21,857 bases of DNA from Faecalicatena faecalis (GTDB taxonomy: Bacteria > Bacillota > Clostridia > Lachnospirales > Lachnospiraceae): the NCBI RefSeq assembly GCF_012524165.2, contig NZ_JABACJ020000040.1, forward strand, positions 1-21,857. Direction: 5' to 3'. The notes under the pieces are model-generated. The model was not told the DNA's origin, did not search any database, and saw only the letters and a list, made by a program, of their open reading frames with translations. Below are positions 15,898 through 21,857 of this stretch, piece after piece (position 1 is the stretch's first letter; each line of letters begins with the position of its first letter). Position numbers and translations under genes: made by a program.

Positions 15898-18231
15898 ATG
15901 ATTAAAACCCTTACGAACCTGTTAAAGCAGGACAAAGAAAAGTTTGTAGTACCAAAGGGCGTACAGGATTGTATTCCCATTACCGCCATTTATGATGACG
16001 GTATTTTCCGTGTGGGCAAGGACAAGTATTCCAAGAGCTTCAAGTTCACGGATATTAACTTTGCCGTAGCAAGCCGTGAGGACAAGGAAGCAATGTTCCT
16101 TGAATACTCCGAGCTTCTCAACTCTCTTGACAGCGGAGCTACTACAAAGCTGACTATCAACAACAGACGGCTTAACCGTTTGGACTTTGAGAAAACCATT
16201 CTTATCCCCGAAACCGGCGATGAGCTTGATGTTTACCGAGAGGAATATAACAAAATGCTTCTCGACAAGGCGACCGGTGCAAATGCGATCGTTCAGGATA
16301 AGTATGTTACTATCTCCATCAACAAAAAGAGCGTGGAGGACGCAAGAACCTATTTTGCCCGTGTCGGTGCTGACCTGATTGCCCACTTTGCAAGACTCGG
16401 AAGCAAATGTGTGGAGCTTGAAACCGATGAAAGGCTGAGAATTGTCCACGATTTCTTCCGTGTCGGTGAGGAAACCGCCTACCACTTCAATATTAAGGAA
16501 ACGAGAAAAAAGGGACACGATTTCAAGGATTATGTTTGCCCGGATACAATGGAACTTGAAAAGGACTACTTCAAAATGGGAAACCGTTACGGGAGAGTCC
16601 TTTTTCTTCGTGAGTACGCTTCCTATATCAAGGACAGTATGGTAGCTGAGCTTACCGACCTGAACCGCAACCTGATGATGTCCATTGACATCGTACCTGT
16701 TCCTACCGATGAAGCGGTGCGAGAAGCAGAGAGCAGACTGCTTGGGGTTGAGACGAATATAACCAACTGGCAGAGAAAGCAGAATCAGAACAATAACTTT
16801 TCCGCTACCGTTCCGTATGATATGGAACAGCAGAAAAAGGAAATGAAGGAGTTCCTTGATGACCTTACCACTCGTGATCAGCGAATGATGTTCGCTGTAC
16901 TCACTATGGTTCATACTGCGGACTCCAAAGAACAGCTTGATAACGACACCGAAGCTCTGCTTACTACGGCAAGAAAGCATTTGTGCCAGTTTGCCGTTCT
17001 CAAGTATCAGCAGATGGACGGACTGAATACGGCTATGCCCTTTGGAACACGCAAGATTGACGCATTCAGAACCCTTACCACAGAAAGCCTTGCGGTATTT
17101 ATCCCGTTCAGAGTTCAGGACATTTACCACGAAAACGGCATTTACTACGGTCAGAATGTTATCAGCAAAAATATGATTATCGCCGACCGCAGACAGCTAC
17201 TCAACGGCAATTCCTTTATTCTCGGCGTATCCGGCGGCGGTAAATCCTTTGCGGCAAAGGGAGAGATTGAAAATATCATTCTTTCCTCCAACGCAGATGT
17301 TATTATCATCGACCCCGAGCGAGAGTATTCGCAGCTTGTAAAGGCTCTCGGCGGCGAAATCATCAATATTTCCGCTACTTCTCCGAGCCATATCAATGCA
17401 ATGGATATGAACAAGGAATACGGCGACGGAGCAAATCCGGTTATCCTGAAATCCGAGTTCATTATGTCCCTTTGCGAACAGCTTATCGGCGGCACAAACC
17501 TCGGAGCAAAGCAGAAATCTATCATCGACCGTTGTACGGCGAGCGTTTACCGAGACTATCAGCAGAGAGGATATACCGGTACTGTTCCTACTTTGCAGGA
17601 CTTCCGTGCGGAACTTTTGAAACAGGACGAGCCGGAAGCAAAGGAAATCGCCCTTGCTATCGAGCTGTTTACACACGGTTCTTTGAATACTTTTGCAAAG
17701 CCGACCAATGTTGATACGGATAACCGACTTATCTGTTATGACATTCTTGACCTCGGCAAGCAGCTTATGCCTATCGGTATGCTTGTCGTCCTTGACTCTA
17801 TTCTGAACCGAATCACACAGAACCGTGCTAAGGGTAAGCAGACTTTCATCTTCATTGATGAAATCTACCTCCTGTTCCAGCACGAATACTCCGCAAACTT
17901 CCTGTTTACCCTTTGGAAGCGTGTGAGAAAGTACGGTGCTTATGCCACCGGCATTACGCAGAATGTGGACGACCTTTTGCAGAGCCATACGGCAAGAACT
18001 ATGCTTGCAAACAGCGAGTTTTTGATTATGCTCAATCAGGCGTCAACCGACAGAATTGAGCTTGCCAAGCTGCTTAACATTTCCGACCTCCAGCTTTCAT
18101 ATATCACGAATGTTGACGCAGGACACGGACTGATTAAGGTCGGCAGTTCGCTTGTGCCGTTTGCAAATAAGTTCCCGAAGAATACGAAGCTGTATAAGCT
18201 GATGACAACCAAACCGGGCGAGGGTGTATAA
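15898..18231 (+). CDS. VirB4-family T4SS ATPase
   Basis: It is 777 aa from ATG15898. The ORF-track GTG15859 lies inside the terminator stem. Walker A is GVSGGGKS (nt 17224-17247) and Walker B is FIFIDEIYLL. AAGGAGG is at 15878-15884. Confidence 0.92.
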   Translation: MIKTLTNLLKQDKEKFVVPKGVQDCIPITAIYDDGIFRVGKDKYSKSFKFTDINFAVASREDKEAMFLEYSELLNSLDSGATTKLTINNRRLNRLDFEKTILIPETGDELDVYREEYNKMLLDKATGANAIVQDKYVTISINKKSVEDARTYFARVGADLIAHFARLGSKCVELETDERLRIVHDFFRVGEETAYHFNIKETRKKGHDFKDYVCPDTMELEKDYFKMGNRYGRVLFLREYASYIKDSMVAELTDLNRNLMMSIDIVPVPTDEAVREAESRLLGVETNITNWQRKQNQNNNFSATVPYDMEQQKKEMKEFLDDLTTRDQRMMFAVLTMVHTADSKEQLDNDTEALLTTARKHLCQFAVLKYQQMDGLNTAMPFGTRKIDAFRTLTTESLAVFIPFRVQDIYHENGIYYGQNVISKNMIIADRRQLLNGNSFILGVSGGGKSFAAKGEIENIILSSNADVIIIDPEREYSQLVKALGGEIINISATSPSHINAMDMNKEYGDGANPVILKSEFIMSLCEQLIGGTNLGAKQKSIIDRCTASVYRDYQQRGYTGTVPTLQDFRAELLKQDEPEAKEIALAIELFTHGSLNTFAKPTNVDTDNRLICYDILDLGKQLMPIGMLVVLDSILNRITQNRAKGKQTFIFIDEIYLLFQHEYSANFLFTLWKRVRKYGAYATGITQNVDDLLQSHTARTMLANSEFLIMLNQASTDRIELAKLLNISDLQLSYITNVDAGHGLIKVGSSLVPFANKFPKNTKLYKLMTTKPGEGV

Positions 18232-18268
18232 CCCTTGCCCTATTCTGTAAATGAGAAAGGAAACACCT

Positions 18269-19039
18269 ATGAAAAACAAAATCTATATTGCCATAATCTG
18301 TGCTTTCAGCATTGTATTTGCCGTCAGTTCAGGTTTTATCATCAAGCACTATTACGACTCTGCAAAGCAGGCGGAAATGTACGACAATCTGATTGGGGTA
18401 GTGGAGACCGAGCCTGAAGAAACAAAAGAGCCGATGAACTACTCCGAAGAAAAGACCTTTATCCCGGAGTATCAGGAGCTTTATCTGCAAAACAACGATA
18501 TGGTCGGCTGGATTAAGGTTGAGGACACAAAAATCAATTATCCCGTTATGCAGTCAAAGGACAACCCGAACTTCTATCTGAAGCACGGCTTTGATAAGGC
18601 ATACACCGACTACGGCTGTCCTTATGTTCAGGAAAACTGCGATATGGAGCTGCCAAGCGACAATATCATCATCTACGGTCATCATATGAACGACGGCTCT
18701 ATGTTCGCCGGTCTTATGAAATTCAAGGACAAGAGCTTTTGGGAAAAGCACAAAACAATATCCTTTGATACGCTGACCGACCGACAGACCTATGAAGTAA
18801 TTGCCGTGTTCAAAACCGTGGTTTATACGGACAGTCCTGAAAGCTTCAAATATTATCAGTTCGTCAATGCGGAGACTGCCGAGGATTTCACAGCCTATGT
18901 TGAGAAGTGCAAGGAACTGTCGCTTTACGATACCGACGTAACCGCTGAATACGGCGACAAGCTCTTAACTCTTTCCACCTGTGAGTATTCCAGGACAAAC
19001 GGCAGACTCGTTGTAGTGGCGAAGCTCATTAACGAATAA
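18269..19039 (+). CDS. srtB: Class B sortase
   Basis: AGAAAGGAAA lies upstream of ATG18269. There is an N-terminal signal anchor (IYIAIICAFSIVFAV). The catalytic His is in IIYGHHMNDGSMF, the TLSTC Cys motif is at nt 18968-18982, and the Arg is in GRLVVVAKL. Confidence 0.85.
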   Translation: MKNKIYIAIICAFSIVFAVSSGFIIKHYYDSAKQAEMYDNLIGVVETEPEETKEPMNYSEEKTFIPEYQELYLQNNDMVGWIKVEDTKINYPVMQSKDNPNFYLKHGFDKAYTDYGCPYVQENCDMELPSDNIIIYGHHMNDGSMFAGLMKFKDKSFWEKHKTISFDTLTDRQTYEVIAVFKTVVYTDSPESFKYYQFVNAETAEDFTAYVEKCKELSLYDTDVTAEYGDKLLTLSTCEYSRTNGRLVVVAKLINE

Positions 19040-19079
19040 CACAACAGGTGGTTCAGCCTGCATAGGAAGGAGGGATTGT

Positions 19080-20789
19080 ATGGCTGATATTAAAACGAAA
19101 GACAATGCAAAAGGTACGATACGAACCATAGATAAGGCTGCCGTTGCAACCCAACGAATGAAGCAGGCGTATATCGCAACAAAAGAAAAGGCGGAACGGT
19201 CGGTAAATGCCAACAGCAGTTCTGCCGAGGAATATGCTTCCGATAAGCTGGAAAGCGGTATTGACGAGATGGTTCACGATGGTGCTTATGCGTTCGATAA
19301 GGCTGGACGAAAAGGACTTGAAACCACAAAAGAGAATATCCGCACCGCAAAGGACGGTATTCAGCGTTTCAAGCAACAACGAGCCGAGCAGTCTTTGAGA
19401 AAACAGGCTTCGCAGAATACAAGCTCGGCAATTAAGACTGTCGATAAGGCGGAAAAGACCATTAAGCAGTCGGCTACTTCCTCCGGAAAGAAAACCATTA
19501 AGTTTGCCGGGAAAGAAGCAACGAAAACCGCACAGAAATCGGTTAAGACGGCTGAACAGACTGCAAAAACGGCGATAAAGACAAGCCAGCAAGCGGCGAA
19601 AGCGGCACAGAAAACAGCTCAGGCGACGGTTAAGGCTTCGCAGAAAGCGGCACAGGCGGCAAAAGCTACCGCCAAAGCAACAGCCGCTACGATTAAAGCC
19701 GCAGCCAAAGCCACCGTTGCCGCAGTAAAAGCAATCATAGCGGCGGTAAAAGGTTTGATAGCCGCTATCGCTGCCGGCGGTTGGGTTGCGGTGGTAGTAA
19801 TTATTGTGCTATGTCTTGTAGCCTTGATTGCGGGTTCTGTGTTTGGTATCTTCTTTTCGGGAGAGGATTCCGGCACGGGAATGTCAATGCAGACAGTCGT
19901 TCAGGAAATCAATCAGGAATATGATGACCGATTGGAACAGAAAAAGAACTCTGTAAGCTATGATGTGCTTGAAATGAGCGGAAGCCGAGCTGTGTGGAAA
20001 GAGGTTCTTGCGGTCTATTCTGTTAAAGTAAATACCGACCCCGACAATCCGATGGAGGTTGCCACGGTTGATGAAACCAAGAAACAGCTACTGTCGGATA
20101 TTTTTTGGGAGATGAACGATATTTCTTCCCGAACGGAAACGAAAACCCATACCGAAATCGAGGAAAGCGACGACGGACACGGCAACATCGTACAGACCGA
20201 AACCACAGTAACCGAAACTTTTTTGTATATCACGGTATCGCACAAGACCGTAGATGAAATGGCGGCTATGTACGGCTTTAATCAGGAGCAGAAAGATTAT
20301 CTTGCCGAGCTGTTGCAGGACGAAAACAATCAGCTATGGTCACAGGTGCTTTACGGTATCGGATACAGCGACGACCAAATCGTAACGGTCGCTCTGTCTC
20401 AGGTGGGTAATGTAGGCGGTCAGCCTTACTGGTCTTGGTACGGCTTTGACTCCCGTGTAGAGTGGTGTGCCTGCTTTGTTTCTTGGTGTGCCAACGAGTG
20501 CGGATATATCGACGCCGGTATTATTCCGAAGTATGCCGGTTGCGTAAACGGCGTTCAATGGTTCAGAGACCGAGGACAATGGGCAGACGGTTCGTATGAG
20601 CCTTCGCCCGGTACAATCATCTTCTTTGACTGGGAGGGCGACGGTGTGACAGACCACACCGGTATCGTTCAGAGATGCGAGAACGGTACAGTCTATACCG
20701 TTGAGGGCAACTCAGGCGACACTTGCAGAACCAAAACATACCCTGTCGGAAGCTCTGTTATCTACGGATACGGTATTCCGGCATATTAA
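19080..20789 (+). CDS. Membrane-anchored cell-wall hydrolase with a C-terminal CHAP domain (VirB1 functional analogue)
   Basis: GGAAGGAGGG lies upstream of the ATG. An Ala/Lys-rich low-complexity region runs to about aa 225, followed by a TM helix ([27 protein letters not shown]). The C-terminal CHAP-like Cys is in [10 protein letters not shown] and the His is in DHTGIV. Confidence 0.85.
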   Translation: MADIKTKDNAKGTIRTIDKAAVATQRMKQAYIATKEKAERSVNANSSSAEEYASDKLESGIDEMVHDGAYAFDKAGRKGLETTKENIRTAKDGIQRFKQQRAEQSLRKQASQNTSSAIKTVDKAEKTIKQSATSSGKKTIKFAGKEATKTAQKSVKTAEQTAKTAIKTSQQAAKAAQKTAQATVKASQKAAQAAKATAKATAATIKAAAKATVAAVKAIIAAVKGLIAAIAAGGWVAVVVIIVLCLVALIAGSVFGIFFSGEDSGTGMSMQTVVQEINQEYDDRLEQKKNSVSYDVLEMSGSRAVWKEVLAVYSVKVNTDPDNPMEVATVDETKKQLLSDIFWEMNDISSRTETKTHTEIEESDDGHGNIVQTETTVTETFLYITVSHKTVDEMAAMYGFNQEQKDYLAELLQDENNQLWSQVLYGIGYSDDQIVTVALSQVGNVGGQPYWSWYGFDSRVEWCACFVSWCANECGYIDAGIIPKYAGCVNGVQWFRDRGQWADGSYEPSPGTIIFFDWEGDGVTDHTGIVQRCENGTVYTVEGNSGDTCRTKTYPVGSSVIYGYGIPAY

Positions 20790-20793
20790 AAAT

Positions 20794-20819
20794 GATGGCT
20801 GCTCGTTTGAGTAGCCATC
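20794..20819. terminator. Hairpin between convergent genes; a better terminator for the minus-strand module and possibly bidirectional
   Basis: GATGGCTGCTC (20794-20804), loop GTTT, GAGTAGCCATC (20809-20819), giving 11 bp with one G-U pair. On the minus strand it is followed by ATTTTTAAT. On the plus strand it is followed by AAGTACATTT, a poor U-tract. Confidence 0.6.
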
Positions 20820-20827
20820 AAGTACAT

Positions 20828-21154
20828 TTACCATAATACTGTTGGTTTTGGAATTTCAAGGTTTGATTTTATGATTTGAAAATAGTATATCGAATTTTCG
20901 GTTGTTATCATCAATATGCCATCTTTAATTTCGTAGTCATCATTAGATGATACCATTCCTTTAGAAAATACCACTTCGCTGTCGATAATAGGATTCCATT
21001 GAAAATACTGTTTATGAACAGATTTAATGATATAAAGTACACCTATTAGACCGAGATATTTTTTTCGCCAACTATCGGTTTGCGATTCACCTGATTTTGA
21101 TGTGGAACATTTATAAGTCACAATGTATTCTTTCAATATAGCTTTATTTTTCAT
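20828..21154 (-). CDS. Hypothetical protein (108 aa), AT-rich cargo
   Basis: It is the only long ORF in the AT-rich block. Its ATG (21154-21152) is embedded in the last codons of the upstream ORF (AATGAAAAATAA). There is no SD, so translation would need coupling. I recognise no motif. Confidence 0.5.
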   Translation of the reverse strand: MKNKAILKEYIVTYKCSTSKSGESQTDSWRKKYLGLIGVLYIIKSVHKQYFQWNPIIDSEVVFSKGMVSSNDDYEIKDGILMITTENSIYYFQIIKSNLEIPKPTVLW

Positions 21155-21368
21155 TGAATAACAAATAGGAATAATTCATTTTCTTTCTTGAAATTAAGTT
21201 AATTAAAGCTGAGCGTTGTTCCACTGCCCAAGAAAACCAATTATTCAATATCTTCTTTGCAGTCGGTCTATAAATAGTACCACCAATAGCTTTTTCAAAA
21301 TCAAGAATCATTTGCTCAAAAGCCTCGTCGTATGTTACTTCATATGTATATTTATCATATCTCTTAGG
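21144..21368 (-). pseudogene. Short ORF overlapping the 108-aa gene: either a 55-aa protein from ATG21311 or the 3' remnant (74 codons) of a gene truncated at the composition junction
   Basis: This is my own minus-strand translation: PKRYDKYTYEVTYDEAFEQMILDFEKAIGGTIYRPTAKKILNNWFSWAVEQRSALINLISRKKMNYSYLLFNEK*. The frame is open from just after TGA (21371-21369) down to TAA (21146-21144). There is no ATG/GTG/TTG in the first 19 codons. GAGG lies 11 nt upstream of ATG21311, which is marginal spacing. Confidence 0.35.
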
Positions 21369-21372
21369 TCAG

Positions 21373-21857
21373 TTTACAAGGAACTACACGCAGACCGTGA
21401 AACGGGCTGCTGACAACAAACGGCGGTATGCTCCCGGAGAGGGCAGCATACCGCCTGTTTTGTTGTCCGGGGTTTCCAAAGGGGTGCCCCCTTTGGCACA
21501 CGACTTTGCTTGCAAAGTGTAGTGTGTTATACCTGCTGGCGTGGCTGACGGGGGAAACGGGGTGCGGTGCTTCTTGCGCCCCGTTTGCTCCGGCAGGAAA
21601 ACAGGCTGAATTTTTGCGAATGGGAATGAGCAAAAAATCGGCCTGTTTTCAGAGAACGGCGGCAGGTATATGAAAGCCCCCGTCCCTCGTCCTACGCTCC
21701 GACTTGTGGACAAAGTGTCCCGAAGTTGTGGCCACACTCCCGGAAAAGTAGCAGGACAGCGGGCAACCGTCAAGGCTGAAATGAACGGGGTTACACCCGG
21801 CCTTGACCGCCGCCCGCCGCCCCGCTGGATGGGTGGACAAGGCGGCCAATCCCTCAA
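21373..21857. other. GC-rich, ORF-poor, hairpin-dense region of unknown identity, cut by the window edge; a structured RNA or ssDNA element is suspected
   Basis: At least six non-trivial stem-loops are listed in the findings. The ORF-track ORFs here (21384..21857-, 21428..21673+, 21649..21849-) have Pro/Arg/Gly/Cys-rich junk composition and no SD. Composition jumps abruptly from the AT-rich block at about 21370. Confidence 0.5.
21413..21466. terminator. Strong A-tract / hairpin / T-tract element, shaped like a bidirectional intrinsic terminator
   Basis: The stem is GGCGGTATGCT-CCC (21422-21435), loop GGAGA, GGG-C-AGCATACCGCC (21441-21455), giving 14 bp with one bulged C. It is flanked by ACAACAAA (21413-21420) and TTTGTTGT (21459-21466). 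Confidence 0.5.

Larger units (their letters stand above)
1..20789 (+). mobile_element. Partial conjugative element (ICE or conjugative plasmid) of Firmicutes/Clostridia type, with putative leading-region genes, a MobC-relaxase module and an MPF-FA-like type IV secretion module. Element boundaries are not in the window.
   Basis: The genes are co-directional and tightly packed. They include a relaxase, MobC, a VirD4-like coupling protein, VirB4, VirB6-like, PrgI/VirB3-like and Maff2 proteins, a CHAP hydrolase, a sortase and PcfB- and ArdC-like proteins. Stop/start overlaps occur at 5324/5334, 6683/6686, 8191/8200, 9545/9561 and 14707-14709. Confidence 0.85.

Noticed and set aside
15060-15900. 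Short similarity between the two cassette junctions (AAAAAGGAAAA at the prgI-like 3' end and AAAAGGAGG before virB4), considered as a possible target-site duplication.
   Set aside because: The match is too short and purine-rich to distinguish from two ordinary ribosome-binding-site-like sequences. No flanking inverted repeats or recombinase are present.
15922-17130. A 402-aa minus-strand ORF antisense to virB4. Similar long antisense ORFs occur at 17197-17988 (263 aa) and 10732-11571 (279 aa).
   Set aside because: They lie entirely inside + strand genes with unambiguous ATPase or ArdC-like motifs. They have no SD and no recognisable motif. Their composition is Cys/His/Phe/Arg-skewed and low in information, as expected of shadow frames. 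I treat them as artefacts of codon bias on the opposite strand.
19540-19790. Repetitive GC-rich nucleotide stretch that might be a tandem DNA repeat or a CRISPR-like array.
   Set aside because: It lies in-frame inside the CHAP-protein ORF and encodes the Ala/Lys-rich low-complexity segment. There is no regular repeat-spacer periodicity.
21422-21455. A 34-nt hairpin, GGCGGUAUGCUCCCGGAGAGGGCAGCAUACCGCC. It superficially resembles group II intron domain V (compare GAGCCGUAUACUCCGAGAGGGGUACGUACGGUUC of Ll.LtrB as I recall it).
   Set aside because: It lacks the AGC/CGC catalytic triad in register. It has a 1-nt rather than a 2-nt bulge, and an 11+3 bp rather than about 9+5 bp helix split. A + strand domain V would require an intron body and RT ORF upstream, where there is only the AT-rich minus-strand module. 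The A-tract/T-tract flanks fit an intrinsic terminator better.
21384-21857. ORF-track ORFs in the GC-rich tail: 157 aa on the minus strand, 81 aa on the plus strand at 21428-21673, and 66 aa on the minus strand at 21649-21849.
   Set aside because: Their translations are Pro/Arg/Gly/Cys/Thr-rich with no motifs, no SD and overlap in several frames. This is typical of random open frames in GC-rich DNA. The 157-aa ORF 'starts' at the window edge only because the frame happens to be open there.
21373-21857. A tRNA, tmRNA or other housekeeping RNA gene serving as an integration site. I also checked for partial look-alikes of T-box (GGGTGGACAAGGCGG near 21830), SAM-I (AGAGAACGGCGG...TATGAAAGCCCC near 21651) and cobalamin (GGGCAACCGTCAAGG, GCCACAC) riboswitch cores.
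   Set aside because: There is no GGTTCGAATCC-like T-loop or cloverleaf on either strand. The riboswitch-like strings deviate from the conserved cores, occur in the wrong order or spacing, and are expected by chance in GC-rich sequence. Only a covariance-model scan could settle this.

Overview
The window is about 20.8 kb of a Firmicutes/Clostridia-type conjugative element, followed by about 1 kb of foreign-looking sequence. Whether the element is an ICE or a conjugative plasmid cannot be told: there is no integrase, no replication gene and neither element end in the window. From 154 to 20789 everything sits on the + strand as one tightly packed array, often with overlapping stop and start codons. 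In order it encodes: a 1726-aa N6-adenine methyltransferase / SNF2-type helicase 'polyvalent' protein; a small hypothetical protein; a DUF3991/Toprim protein; a DUF4314/DUF3846-like protein; a candidate oriT inverted repeat; a small membrane peptide; MobC; a relaxase; a PcfB-like protein; an ArdC-like protein; a small hypothetical protein; a VirD4/TraG coupling ATPase; a Maff2 (VirB2-like) protein; a VirB6-like polytopic membrane protein; a Cys-rich peptide; a PrgI/VirB3-like protein; a VirB4 ATPase; a class B sortase; and a membrane-anchored CHAP cell-wall hydrolase. Three stretches do not fit this backbone. (1) At 15069-15897 an AT-rich cassette with its own promoter and terminator encodes a 218-aa minimal Pol-beta-fold nucleotidyltransferase. 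It is wedged between the prgI-like gene and virB4. (2) At 20790-21372 an AT-rich minus-strand module holds two overlapping small ORFs, and the upstream one looks 5'-truncated. (3) From about 21373 to the window edge (at least 485 nt) the sequence is GC-rich, has no credible ORF and is dense with hairpins. I cannot identify it by eye. Protein family names come from motif recognition and recall of typical annotations; no searches were run. Exact start codons are inferred from Shine-Dalgarno spacing and differ from the ORF track in several places.
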